From the NCBI GenBank assembly GCA_001599295.1, contig BCGN01000003.1, forward strand, positions 434,001 through 498,000: DNA of 64,000 nucleotides, written 5' to 3'. A model generated the notes under the pieces. That model saw only the letters and a list, made by a program, of their open reading frames with translations, made no database searches and had not been told where the DNA came from. Below are positions 22,864 to 35,101 of this stretch, in pieces. Made by a program: the position numbers and the translations under genes. The DNA comes from Sporopachydermia quercuum. Taxonomy: Eukaryota. Each line of letters starts with the position of its first letter. The stretch's first letter is position 1.

Positions 22864-25707
22864 TGTCTACACAAATGCTTATATGCTGCATGGTGATCTC
22901 TGATCTATATGAATGAATAAAGCATGCCTGGAACCGTTGTTATGATATGAGTAAATTCTATGCCGTATGCTGGTTTTTTATACTGGAAACGATGGTTTGA
23001 TGATAATGTGATGATTAGTTGATGTTCTTCTACTAATTTTCCTAATGTTGTAGTCGTAGTTGTTGTTGTTGCTGCTGTTGCTATTGAACGAATGTATGGC
23101 TATATGGTTGAATATTCTGATGCGGGTGACGTAAATAAACAAAAGAAAAGCCGATTAATAAGAACAGGAAACAAAACTAAATGCTGATGAATTACAACTT
23201 ATATCTTCCTTATAACAATGATAATAATAAATAGTATCCCATAATAACAGTGANAGTAGAAGTAAATTGTGGTTTGCGTATAATAAAAGGCGAATGAAAG
23301 ATTTTCAGGTTACTTCCTTATGTGATTTCAGGATATTCTTGTGACCAGAGTGGTAAAAATTGAGAATTTACATGTAGAGGATATTAATTTGGGATATATT
23401 TAGAAAAGGTTTAGCCTAATGAAACTTTAGTGCTAAGGTTTGATTGAACGCTAGTGAGGCTAGGCTAACTTTGTATATGGTGGGGCCAAATGAGAAAAAG
23501 GAATCAAAAGGTTAGGATTTGTAAGGATTGTGCATCCCGAATAATTGTTTGGAATAGTGAAATAGATGATAGATTAAATCATTGTAGTGTTCGAATGTTT
23601 GAATGATGAATTGGTGATGATCACTATGTTATGAACATTATGTTTATGAGTTATCGCTGGGTGAATCTAGAGAGAGTTGCTTAATGCTAGGAACATGGGA
23701 ATAAGGGAGCAGGGATGAAAGGCGGCAAACGAAGTACTTAACTCATTTCTAGTTTTCTTAGTGAATGTATCGCTATTTAATGTTTAATCAGCTAGTGGAA
23801 TTTGATGGGGATGATGAATTGTTTTAATATATCAACAAAGTGTACGAAAAGGCATTCAGAGAATACAGTAAAATTAAATGTTATAATGACTGATTATTTG
23901 AAAGCTACGTTCTATTCTCATGTAATTAAGCAGATACTTATGTTTTACTGCCATTTGAACTAATGAATCTGAAGAACCAAATATTTGTCAATTAGCTTAT
24001 AAGTCACTATTCATTGTTGCTTGTTCTCTTTATCTGCTATAGGCGGTTCGATTGATTCCCAAATGAATTTCAAACTGCAAATCTGGAATAAACATTCGAT
24101 TCATAGATTTCATATTATATTTATGGAAATCAAGAGATACAAGTGGGAATTTCAGTAGGTGACTGTTTACAATAATAAATGAATTATGTTAGGTACTCAA
24201 AAGTTGGTTAGCTAATTATCTACTACTCNATAAAGATTGATTGAAAAACTAGTAATGACAGTAGACTAAGCATAAAAGACTAATAGTGTTTGCTTACTCC
24301 TTTTCGCTAAGATCACATCAATTTTGGTAATAAGATTAATAAATCAATATTTTCAAAACCGGAAAAGGATTAACACAGTAGAAGGATCAATCAACTGGTG
24401 TAGAGTAGGTACCGTCGAGTTAATGCCTAATTTTATGCAGACATCAATCAGCCAGTTATACCAATCTAGTACGGATCGAGCCAGAAGCAGAATATAGGAT
24501 GAAACGATCGGTTTATATCTTCAAAACCAATTGAATGTGCTGAAACAGCAAGAAAATGGCAAGTTTTGAGAACCTTTAACAGTAGAATAACTTTNTCAAT
24601 AAAACCAGCAAAGGCCAAACTGTGGTCCAGAGTGAAATTCAAGTTATAGCCAGTTGAGCCCTTACAATTAAGTTAAGCTTCGTGTCAAAACATTGCGAAA
24701 TTTGGTGAAGATGGTTTTAGTATAGGAGCAGATTTTTGGTCAAATTGAAGTCTGAATTACTGAGAAAGAAGTTCATTTANATACCCAAAGTGCATTAACA
24801 GGGTTAAAAATTTAGCTAAGGTTTAGCTAAACATCACTCAATAAAAGACATTCACATTTATCGATCTATCTCAAGCAAGCAATTACTAGGTATACTTGCG
24901 AATTCAACTTTTCTGAGGAAAACGAGGAGCATAATAATGTGATTGATTTTAGTCAAGGGTGTTCAGTATTAAGAAGTTTATCATGTGAAAACATGTCCTA
25001 GAGTCGAAACTGACTGGTGGTGTTCAGTTCCCATTGTTCATTAATCAGGAAATAGTTAAAGAGATGTAAATTAAGCTCAATTGAAATCTCAGCTTACCTC
25101 GTTTTCCTTTTCAAATGCTGCCTTTCAATTGTTACATCGGATAGTACGATATTTTTAACTGTAATACCTATAGTTAAATTTTAGATCTGTGATTTTACAT
25201 CTTATATAGATAGTATTTATATAATGACTCAAAAATTTATGAAATTCTTCTAGTAGCACCAGCATTACTCCCTTCGCTATATCTCTCCCCACTTCCTGTT
25301 TTTAAATTAAACTTTATAACTTCTAAACATTTTAGATTAATATTTGAGATTACTTTAAACTTTACGGATTTATGATATCACTATGGCTTTATTAACGATC
25401 TCCACTACATAAACATTGCATGAGCCCGCATAAACTCTTTGTCCTCCTAATTGAACTATTTTCTCCGTTTTTCAGAATCGTTTCCGATATTTTACAAACC
25501 TAACCTTTTCTCTGCGCCAGTCGCTCACCTCTTACCAGTAATATTCCTTTATGTTCACAATAGAAACCTTCAGCGAACTATAAAAGCTTCCCAGTATTCA
25601 TTACAAATTTCAGCAAAGCATATTTTGCTATCACCTGTTCCTTCTTTTCATTTTCTTTCTTTTCCTTTTGCGCAGCATTTGCATAGCGTCTACTTTTTTG
25701 CATTCCA

Positions 25708-27231
25708 ATGTCAATTATTACTCATACATTGGGGCGGGTATCTCGGAATGGACTGCTTATCCGAACTAGCAACGTGCCGAACTTCGGGACCACCAAAACC
25801 GTCATTTCCAGAGTATCCCCGTTATGTTCTAAGGTAGGATCATTAACAGCTATAAGATTCAACTCCACTAAAAACCCCATACAACAGTACACTGATCTTT
25901 GTAATCAAGGTAAGCTAAAAAGTGATCCTTATCAAAGAGAGATCATTGAATCTTTAGACTCTTTGTACGAAGAAATCAAAGCATATACACCTCCGGAGAT
26001 TGAGATTCCAACTGCAGATTCCTTGAAGCCGAAACAAAGATTTGGGAGCTTATTTTCCCTGTTCTCCTCCGGAAAATCTCAAAGCTTCTCCAGTTCGGAC
26101 TCCTCTGCAAGTTCCGTGCCGAAAGGAATCTATCTGTATGGAGACGTCGGATGTGGAAAAACAATGTTAATGGATCTTTTCTATTCGACTATTCCGTCTC
26201 ATCTAACTAAAAAACGAATCCACTTTCATGCTTTCATGCAAGATGTACATAAAAGAGCTCATGTATTACACATGGAACACGGAACTGATTTCGACACTGT
26301 TCCGATAATTGCCGCGTCTATTGCCAAAGAAGCTAATATTCTCTGTTTCGACGAATTCCAGGTCACTGATGTTGCCGATGCTATGATCCTCCGAAGACTG
26401 ATAGACACCTTGTTATCTCCTTCTCATGGCCTAGTGTTATTCATAACATCTAATAGAGAGCCGGATGCTTTATACATCAACGGAATCCAACGGGATTCCT
26501 TCATTCCCTGTATTGAACTACTGAAAGAAAGAACTCACGTGATTTTCTTAGATTCTCCCACAGATTACCGAAAAGTGGAAAAACCTTTACTTGACGTTTA
26601 TTTTTATCCCGAGAATTACCATAGCGGACAGACTTTGCCCCAGGTAGCAGCCGAAGAAGAAAATCACGTGAAGACTTGGTTCAACTTCTTTGGCCACAAA
26701 CACCACGGCGAGGAGATTGAACTGACCGTTTGGGGGAGAACGATCGTTGTCCCGAAAGGTGTGATGGGAGCAGTTGCTGAATACGATTTCCTACAATTAT
26801 GCGGACAGCCATTATCACCAGGAGATTATTTACAATTGACGAGTAATTTTCCTGTTTTCATCGTTAGAAATATTCCATATTTAAGTGTTGATGATCGGGA
26901 TAAAATCAGAAGATTTATTAATTTTATTGACGCTTTGTATGATGCTCATGGGAAATTAGTGGTCACTGCTGCGGCCCCTTTCAAAGATCTTTTTGTTGAG
27001 AAAGCACCAATTTACGGACAGCCCGCAAAACCCAATTATCTAATTGAAGATGAAGCAAGTGACATAAATGACGAAAATGATGATATATTAATAAGAGAGC
27101 ATGGGTTTGATGAAGAAGTTGTTAAAAGAGCTAAAATGTTTACGGTTGATGAGGAAAAGTTTGCATTTGCCAGAGCTTTGAGTAGATTGCATCAAATGTC
27201 TACTAAGGAATGGATTGATTTCAAGCTGTAA
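25708..27231 (+). CDS. AFG1: Mitochondrial AFG1/LACE1 (ZapE-like) ATPase
   Basis: PKGIYLYGDVGCGKTMLMDLF, Walker B LCFDEFQVTDVADAMIL and EEKFAFARALSRL. Confidence 0.96.
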   Translation: MSIITHTLGRVSRNGLLIRTSNVPNFGTTKTVISRVSPLCSKVGSLTAIRFNSTKNPIQQYTDLCNQGKLKSDPYQREIIESLDSLYEEIKAYTPPEIEIPTADSLKPKQRFGSLFSLFSSGKSQSFSSSDSSASSVPKGIYLYGDVGCGKTMLMDLFYSTIPSHLTKKRIHFHAFMQDVHKRAHVLHMEHGTDFDTVPIIAASIAKEANILCFDEFQVTDVADAMILRRLIDTLLSPSHGLVLFITSNREPDALYINGIQRDSFIPCIELLKERTHVIFLDSPTDYRKVEKPLLDVYFYPENYHSGQTLPQVAAEEENHVKTWFNFFGHKHHGEEIELTVWGRTIVVPKGVMGAVAEYDFLQLCGQPLSPGDYLQLTSNFPVFIVRNIPYLSVDDRDKIRRFINFIDALYDAHGKLVVTAAAPFKDLFVEKAPIYGQPAKPNYLIEDEASDINDENDDILIREHGFDEEVVKRAKMFTVDEEKFAFARALSRLHQMSTKEWIDFKL

Positions 27232-28464
27232 AGATGATTTAGTGTTTGTTGTTTGTAGTTGGGGAAGTGAATATTGTTGGTGCTATTATGACTATATGGG
27301 CATCTGAAGGCATTTAGATACTATCCCCTTCAATGTCATGATGTGGTCTATCAAACCCGTTGTTTTATGCTATTGATAAGATACTACTAATAGTAAAACT
27401 CCTTAGAACTGACAGCAAAGATGTGTGACACTATATGGTTCATCAGCCTTTGTAGGATCCAGCAGATGGTCTGGATACCAACAATAGAGTGAAATGAACT
27501 AATAGTACGTATAATTCATTGAATAAACAATGGAAACAGACTCCAAGAAAACAACAACGTGTTATGTTCATTTATTATACCTATTATTATAGCAAAGGAA
27601 CAACTGATTGATGTCTTCATGATTACCTTATCATCTAAGGAAGTCATAAGAGAGAATCAATGTTTATGTTTTATTCTGATTGTATTATCTTATCAATTCA
27701 TGCCGTCCGTTTAGTTGTGGGATATACAAAGCTGATTGAACATGAAGTAGTTCCAACACGAGAAATAGAAATTAGAGTGAAATTATCAGAATGCAAACAA
27801 TAGAAATGTATAGACGTAATAGAATTGAGCATTTGATAGAATCAGACGTAAGAGTTCAGGTAATTTCCATCAAAAGTAGTTATGTCCACAGTAACAGCTA
27901 TTCTCTATCGTATTGAAATAATAGCAATGGAGGATCAGAATCAACCGTCCATGTGAGTTCACTGTGCTACTATTTTGTACTGCGACGTAGTTATGCAACT
28001 ATAAATCCCTTACCTTCTCTTAAAATGTTTTTCTCCTGTCAAATGCTCTGTTCTTATAATGTTATCATGTTATATAAAACTCTACGTCTATTTCTTCAGT
28101 TTTCATTGCTTGGGGTGAATTCGCCGGGAATGAACTTGAATTCACTTCAATTCATCTCCTAGTAATCCTTAAAGATAGCCATGAGGGAAGGGTCAAGTCA
28201 GAATTTAGTTCAATCTCGGGCCATCCAAGTATAGCAAGCTGACCCAAGATATTCACCGGAAACAGAACGAACTTAAATCAGATCGTTGTTTAAACTGGAA
28301 TGAGTTTTTGATTCCTAGTATAGAACTATTTGCGGGTAAAGAGATCCGTCAGGACAGAAGCGTCGAAGACCTCAACTATACTGATACTTGGTTGAAAACC
28401 AAAGAAATCAAGAAAAACAATAGAAATTTACTATACAAAAAAAATTCTGATAATTTCCGTTATT

Positions 28465-31116
28465 TCAGAGATCTAAATCTATATCAATGGTGTCTTTGTT
28501 TTCCACAGTTGAGTCATCATTTCGAGTATTTCCAACCTCAGCATCTTCGGAGGTTCCCAGCAATTTCCGTTTCTTGTCGTCTTCTTCTGTAGCCTTTACA
28601 AATCCAATAACTTCAGTTCCGGTGCCGGTTCCAGTCCCAGTTCCCGTTCTGTCTTCGCCGAGCTTTCTCCGCTTGTCTCGAAGAACCAAATCAACACCAT
28701 GACCCCGTTGAACAACAACACTGCGCTTGATCCGTAACATCTCTTTATATGTCTCTTCATTGCCATAGTTAAGTTCGAATTCGTCCCATTTACTCCAAAA
28801 TTCCGAATCCACCCGAGGATCAGTCAACCCGGCAGAAAACTCAAATATACCCCGTGCCCGGTCAATCTCTCCAACCTTAAGTTCATTGGTAGCATACGAA
28901 ACCCCAATCTTCCAGGCCAATCGGTCAGGTAACTCCTCCAGCGCTTTCTCATACACTGCTCTTGCCGCGGGTATTCCTTTCAGTTCAATCACTTTCCCAA
29001 TATACAACTTATACATCTCAAACTCTTCATCAGGTAGCTCCTTTAGTCTTTCACATGCTCGTTTATATACACCTAAACATCTGCTCACTAAACCTCGGTC
29101 TTGCTCAAACTTGCCATACATAATAAACAAGCTTTTGCTAAGTTTAGCAGGGCATTCTTCCACGGCCTGTTCAAAAAGATCGCGTAATCTTTCTGCCGGA
29201 ATCTCATCTCCTCGTCCGAGAACTTTTGCTAAGTAAATATTCCATATTTCAAATGCAACTGGATAAGAAAACAGAGCGATTCCTCGCTCATAGACTTTAT
29301 AGGATTCCTCAAAATAATTGTTTTCTTCTAGAAAATTAGCATAATTGATAACTGTTAAAGGGGTCGCAATCTTCAAGTCAAAAATCTGATCATATACAGC
29401 TTTTGTTTCACTGATAGAGCCAGTTGCTTCAATAAGATCGCAATAGAAAGACCAAAGTTTCATGGATTTGAAGACACGAGCTTGTGCAGAGATCGAGGTG
29501 TCGAAATAGTTAATTCTGCGGGCAGTTCGGATGTCAGGAAGAATCAGAGCTGCTTCTAGAACTTTGCGGGCGGTTTCGGAATTGTTTTGCCGAAGCTCAA
29601 GCTCGGCCCATCCGAGATAAATCTCGGTAAGCTCGTTGGGGTCACTGAAAGGTACTTTTATGGCTTTGTCAAGAATTGTTCGGGCCGAGTGTAAATCGTT
29701 ATGCTGTTCGTATAGTTTAGCATAGTTGAGCCAAAAGCCGGGTAAATCTCCGTCCGGCGTTTTTGGATTGATTTTCGCTAATGCAGTTGTGTATGTTTGG
29801 ACTATTTGGTCAAAGTTATCACCCCAAAGGGCAATTCGTTTACTCCATTCGGTAACATTATTAGGGTTTTGTCTCAACATACAATCGTTCAGTAGAAAAG
29901 GTCTTCGGCTCATTAATTCTTCAAACCTTAACATTCGCAGGTCCACTTCTGTTTCCAGTTCCAAGATCGCTCCGGTTTCTTCTGCTCCCTGGCCTGTCCC
30001 GTTCTGCACTTCCGATTCCGATTCAATCCGTTCCAAGTCTTTCATTCTCTTGGTAAGGACAGACTCTTCCAGTTGAGCATACGCATCAAATATAACAGTA
30101 AAATCACGCACTGTCATCACGGTTTCTAATCCTTGTTCAAAAATATACCGTGCTTGTTCATAATCCTGTTTATATGCATAAAAAGTTGCCCATTTTACTA
30201 TCAAATGACCCGTCTGATCTTTATAAAACTGTATGCCACTTTGGAATACTTCATCAATGTCTAATGTGTTGATAATACTATTATTACTTTTATCTGTTGT
30301 TAAGAGAGCATTATGAATTAATAAATCAGCAAATTCCAACCAAATTTCATAGTGTGACTTGTCTTGCGACGATATGAATTTATGATCGTTAAGTATTGAT
30401 AAATACAGCTTTATGGCTTCGTTTAGGAATAATAACCGCTGTCTAATCTTTTGAGGTTTCCGGCTCGGTATCTTCGGACTTTTTTCCAAAAGAGGTAAAA
30501 GAACAGAAAGGTAGTTTTCCTTTTTACTTGGGTAGAGTTCTATGTACCGTTTCCAGATCTTGATTGATAGAACCGATCCGGGAAACATATCAGCAAACTT
30601 AATATATTCGGGCCAAATGAGGTCATGCTGGGTTACAGGCAAAGCTTGTAAAGAAGTGTTGAATGCATAACGGATCAATCTCACATCAAAGCTTGTTTTC
30701 AGTAGGAAATCAAGGTACATTAGCCAAATAACCGGCATTTTGNTCAGCATCGATAATGCTCGTTGAAAACAAACCTGAACTTTAGCATATTCCTGAGGGA
30801 ATTCGGTTGGATCTAGAGCAGATACATGATCTGTTCGGAGTTCTAAATAGGCCTTCCATAGTTTATATGATCTTCTAAGAATTGCAAGTGCTCGTTCGTA
30901 GATGAAAACTATTTCATGAATAGGTCTGTGACCGTTGAATTTATGTTTGATATAACGAAACCAAGCGGAAACATCGTAAGGATCTGCCAAGATTGATTTC
31001 TCGTAAGGAATGTCACTATCAGATATTAGATAGTAGTTTAGTTCTGCTGGATTTCGGAACGGAATTCTTGTTGATTGTTCCGAGGTGGAATGATTAGAAT
31101 GGGTACCTGATACCAT
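28465..31116 (-). CDS. SYF1: Pre-mRNA splicing factor Syf1 (HAT/TPR repeats, NTC)
   Basis: YERAL..L.RSYKLW, LRQNPNNVTEW, LKIATPLTVINYANFLEE and GNEETYKEMLRIKRSV. Confidence 0.95.
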   Translation of the reverse strand: MVSGTHSNHSTSEQSTRIPFRNPAELNYYLISDSDIPYEKSILADPYDVSAWFRYIKHKFNGHRPIHEIVFIYERALAILRRSYKLWKAYLELRTDHVSALDPTEFPQEYAKVQVCFQRALSMLXKMPVIWLMYLDFLLKTSFDVRLIRYAFNTSLQALPVTQHDLIWPEYIKFADMFPGSVLSIKIWKRYIELYPSKKENYLSVLLPLLEKSPKIPSRKPQKIRQRLLFLNEAIKLYLSILNDHKFISSQDKSHYEIWLEFADLLIHNALLTTDKSNNSIINTLDIDEVFQSGIQFYKDQTGHLIVKWATFYAYKQDYEQARYIFEQGLETVMTVRDFTVIFDAYAQLEESVLTKRMKDLERIESESEVQNGTGQGAEETGAILELETEVDLRMLRFEELMSRRPFLLNDCMLRQNPNNVTEWSKRIALWGDNFDQIVQTYTTALAKINPKTPDGDLPGFWLNYAKLYEQHNDLHSARTILDKAIKVPFSDPNELTEIYLGWAELELRQNNSETARKVLEAALILPDIRTARRINYFDTSISAQARVFKSMKLWSFYCDLIEATGSISETKAVYDQIFDLKIATPLTVINYANFLEENNYFEESYKVYERGIALFSYPVAFEIWNIYLAKVLGRGDEIPAERLRDLFEQAVEECPAKLSKSLFIMYGKFEQDRGLVSRCLGVYKRACERLKELPDEEFEMYKLYIGKVIELKGIPAARAVYEKALEELPDRLAWKIGVSYATNELKVGEIDRARGIFEFSAGLTDPRVDSEFWSKWDEFELNYGNEETYKEMLRIKRSVVVQRGHGVDLVLRDKRRKLGEDRTGTGTGTGTGTEVIGFVKATEEDDKKRKLLGTSEDAEVGNTRNDDSTVENKDTIDIDLDL

Positions 31117-31897
31117 TAGAGTGACAATAGGAGCAATTGATCCAGATGAATCAGTAAATTGCAGAAACTGAACGGTATAACTCGAGCTAGATTGGGCTCC
31201 GAGCTGGTTGAGTCTGGTTGAGTCGTTTAGTTATAATTTCTGCTTCCGAAAATCCGACAAGTAACGATACTAGACGGTTGATCTAGATGTAATACTAATC
31301 AGAATGAATAATGTTGATAGAAGGAAATTGAATGCTGAGTGCAATTTCGGAGATCATGAAAGAACATTACAATCTCCGTTATTGTTTCGTTTCTTGCATC
31401 ATTCCGAACCATTTATACCCCCTACTTTGAGACAATTGGCTTCTCCAAGGCTGCCTGGGAAAGCAAACTTTAATTAGGTCTGTTATATACCATCTTGCTC
31501 AGTCGGTAGGCTTACAATGAATATCAAACAGATGGAACCGCAAACCAGACAAGAGTAGCAATTGAGATATTTTACTTGAAACATAGCAAGTAAAAGAAGC
31601 ATCAATTGGNGACAAGAAGCGGATTATATGTCAGTTTTGTTACTTAATTGAAGCAGTAAAAATACAATCATTTTGTACAACTTGTAATTCAATTCACGAG
31701 TAACAGTAAGAATTGCTTGTGGCTCCTTTCTATAATACCAATTGATAGTGAGAACTACAGAGGAAAGAGCATCAACTACCGTCGACAACTAATAGATATA
31801 ATATTTGTTGGCTGTTGAATGACCATAATAAAGTTTTGGTAGTTAGTAAAATTGGATTGGACCGAAGGCAAGTTTTTGATACATATTTTGGTTCAAG

Positions 31898-32960
31898 ATG
31901 TCGGGAATGGGAAACAGGGAGGCCGTCTTCCCCACACGAATGACACTTGGGTTGATGAAGGGTAAGTTGAAGGGTGCAACTCAAGGACATTCGCTGTTAA
32001 AGAGAAAATCCGAAGCCTTGACGAAGAGATTCAGAGAGATCACGAGAAAGATTGACGATGTAAGTGCTTGTTTTGTATATGGATCTTAAGGGTATTCCTA
32101 GAGTTAGATCTAAAAAGATGTTGGAATGAGGTGAGAGTATTGATCGGTAGAGTAAAGCTTGTTAGCTGATGGTTAAAATGCATTTATTGATTGAGGAAGA
32201 ACTAGATTTACTAACCACTAATCTACAGGCTAAAACAAAAATGGGAAAAGTCATGCAAACAGCATCATTCTCCCTAGCAGAAGTAACTTATGCCACAGGA
32301 GATAATATAGGCTACCAAGTTCAAGAGTCGGTTCGATCAGCAAGATTCAGAGTCAGAGCACGTCAAGAAAATGTATCGGGTGTTTATTTGCCACAGTTTG
32401 AAGCATTTTTTGTTGAAGAGAATAACGATTTTTCAATGACGGGTCTAGGTAGAGGAGGTCAGCAAGTCCAAAAGGCAAAAATGGTTTATTCCAAGGCTGT
32501 AGAAACCCTAGTTGAGCTTGCATCTTTACAAACTGCGTTTGTAATCTTAGATGAAGTCATCAAAGTGACCAATCGTCGTGTTAATGCGATTGAGCATGTG
32601 ATTATTCCAAGAACTGAAAACACGATTGCTTATATCAATTCTGAATTGGATGAGCTTGACAGAGAAGAGTTTTACAGATTGAAGAAAGTGCAGGATAAGA
32701 AACAGAGAGATAATGCAAAACTGGATGCTGAAGCTAAAGCGAAGAAAGAGAAATTATTGGCAGCATTAAATAACCCAGATGAAGAAGCATATGAAGTGAA
32801 AGGTCTGGTTGTTGAAGACAATCCAACAAGCACAACTGAAGGAAAAGAAGAAGCTAAACCAAATGTTGAGTCAGAATCTACTGATGCTGCTGCATTAGCC
32901 AGTGAAGATTTTGTACCTGATGATCTAACAGCTAATAATGATGATGATGTTATTTTTTAA
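31898..32960 (+). CDS. VMA8: V-ATPase V1 subunit D, 2 exons (~297 aa)
   Basis: Exons 31898-32059 and 32229-32960; intron GTAAGT...TACTAAC...CAG. Motifs [26 protein letters not shown] and [15 protein letters not shown]. Confidence 0.96.
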
Positions 32961-33779
32961 TATCGAATGGAGAAAGATTTATACATTTGCTCATTACTCA
33001 AGAATGGGAATGGTTTATTTTCTTTGCGAAAGCACTATTGTATCTTTAGCCACGTCATGGTACATAACGTTGTGTTAATTTGATCCTTTTTTGTCGGGTT
33101 TCTATAGTTATATCATAGTATAATTCAATATTTATGAATTACATTACTTATTGTTCAACGTTGTGTTANCGATCAGCATAGTTTCGCTTAGTAGCTACTT
33201 TAATAAATCAATCTCTTTAGTTGGGAATGCGGACAATCACATCTCAAGTACTAGCTTGTTCATAGTGATTCAGTATACAACTGGTTTACCTCCTCGGATG
33301 ATTGATTAATTGATCGGTGTACTATCCACTTTATACGAGTCCTACAGCTATGGAAATACCAGAATGAATAAGTAACATTGACAAAAACAATTATACAAAA
33401 ACAATAGTTGTAAATTGCATAAAAAACGCGAACTCCAAACACGCGCAAGCATTTATCTCACATATCAAATATCACGCTCCACAGCTTCCATCGTTCATCA
33501 TAATATGCTTGATCTCCCTTTCAATTGTTTCCTTCTTCTTTAATTTTGACATAAATATAATGAATAGCAAATCATTGCAAGATAAATAGTGTGAAAATAT
33601 ATATCGGAAATGCATATTTAGTATTCATATACTNAAGAATTTGTAAGCAGCAAGCTAAAAGCCCACCGGCCAACAAACACTAAGTAAATTAATCCTAAAT
33701 CAACTCAGCTCGCTTCTACTACTTTGTCACGATTTAGTATATTTCATCATTCACCGGTTCCAGAAGCAACAAAATGCAA

Positions 33780-34424
33780 TTAGACAGCTTCTTCTAAAAG
33801 TTGGTTGAGTTTAGTAACCTTACCAGCAACACTCAAATCAACAGTCTTATCGCCAACTTCAACAACCAAACCTCCCAAAATTTCAGGATCAACCTTGTTA
33901 TCAATCTTCAAACTCTTGAATTCACCAATGGATTTTGATTTGGAAACGGCAGCCTGAATACGATTTAGGGCCTTTCTGTCTAAAGGAGTGGCAGAGGTAA
34001 CAACGACTTCTAAGACTCCACTGTCGGCATCAGTCAAAACAGCAAATTGCTTGACGATAGCAGGAAGTAATCCTAATCTGTTATTTTCAGCCAAAACAGT
34101 CAACAAGTTCTTGACAGCGGCATCAGGCTTAGTGGACTTAACAAGAGTTTCAGCAACAATGCTTCTGTCTTGGTTGGAAAGAGCAGGATTGGAGATGATT
34201 TCGGCAACCTTGGTATCTTTTTCCAAAAGACTGGTCAAAGCAGCCAATGACTTGGAAGCTGAGGCAACAGAAGTGGTCTTAGCTGCTGCAGTGTATAAAG
34301 CACTGGCATATGTACCATCAACACCAAACAATTGCACTGGAGCCTTAACTTCAGCTGCTGCTCTAATAATGCTGGCACTACTGAAAGTGCGGGTAGCAAT
34401 TCTAGTTCCGAATCTGAATGACAT
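33780..34424 (-). CDS. ATP5: Mitochondrial ATP synthase subunit 5 (OSCP)
   Basis: PVQLFGVDGTYASALY, LAENNRLG and VDPEILGGLVVEVGDKTVDLS. The start is set at the presequence-like MSFRFGTR (34424). Confidence 0.95.
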   Translation of the reverse strand: MSFRFGTRIATRTFSSASIIRAAAEVKAPVQLFGVDGTYASALYTAAAKTTSVASASKSLAALTSLLEKDTKVAEIISNPALSNQDRSIVAETLVKSTKPDAAVKNLLTVLAENNRLGLLPAIVKQFAVLTDADSGVLEVVVTSATPLDRKALNRIQAAVSKSKSIGEFKSLKIDNKVDPEILGGLVVEVGDKTVDLSVAGKVTKLNQLLEEAV

Positions 34425-35101
34425 TATGGGTTTATGATGAATATGATTTGGCATATACTCCTTTGATTTTCTACCAACGGTCGTTCCAATTAATTCAATT
34501 GATTCCTGCTTATTCGTATCTTCCAATCTATCAATTGTGCTCAATGACCTATCTTCTTTCATCCTGGAAAATATGTAGTACACAAACGAACAAATTGATT
34601 CGACAACTACAAAAAAGGGGCCTTTACAGTACTAAGAGGTGTAGAGGTGTTATTATTGAAAGATGGGTTTCAGTTGCACGTCCATGTGGGGTTGCCTAAA
34701 ATGATGCAATGTACGCATATTCTTGCATGCAGAGACGGATATTCTTCAAAACTTACGTGTTGAGTTATTCACGCATTAAAAGACACCACAGTAAATACCA
34801 GCACCAACTGTGTCTGTCTCCCATTGAACAAAATCGTTGGGTATCCAAAAAAGAGGTTGACTGCTGATTGATGAATAAAAAGACCATGTACTTGAGGATA
34901 GTGTTGGAATCTATATTGTTATCGTTATTGCTGTGCATATAAATACAAAGTATAGTTTGAGACTACTTTGGAATATTCACAGGCTTTCTGAGTTGGTTTG
35001 GTTAACAGATACTTGTTTAATCCCTTTGAGCATACTCGTCACACAAACAACTGGGTAGAGAGCATATGAACCGGAGACAGACACAAGTAGAGTGATCAAC
35101 G

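Noticed and set aside
24380..24800. Coding-like stretch in the long HKR1-AFG1 intergenic region
   Set aside because: Multiple stop codons and no recognisable motif in the frame I translated; a pseudogene call cannot be supported.
27334..27415. C/D snoRNA-like ATGATGT...CTGA with TGTCA/TGACA ends downstream of AFG1
   Set aside because: Box C is imperfect, the match to LSU rRNA (CTAAGGAGT) is only about 9 nt and not at a site I know to be methylated, and it probably lies in the AFG1 3' UTR.
34425..34583. 53-aa N-terminal extension of Atp5 in the ORF track
   Set aside because: It is not presequence-like; the downstream MSFRFGTR start gives a normal-length OSCP.
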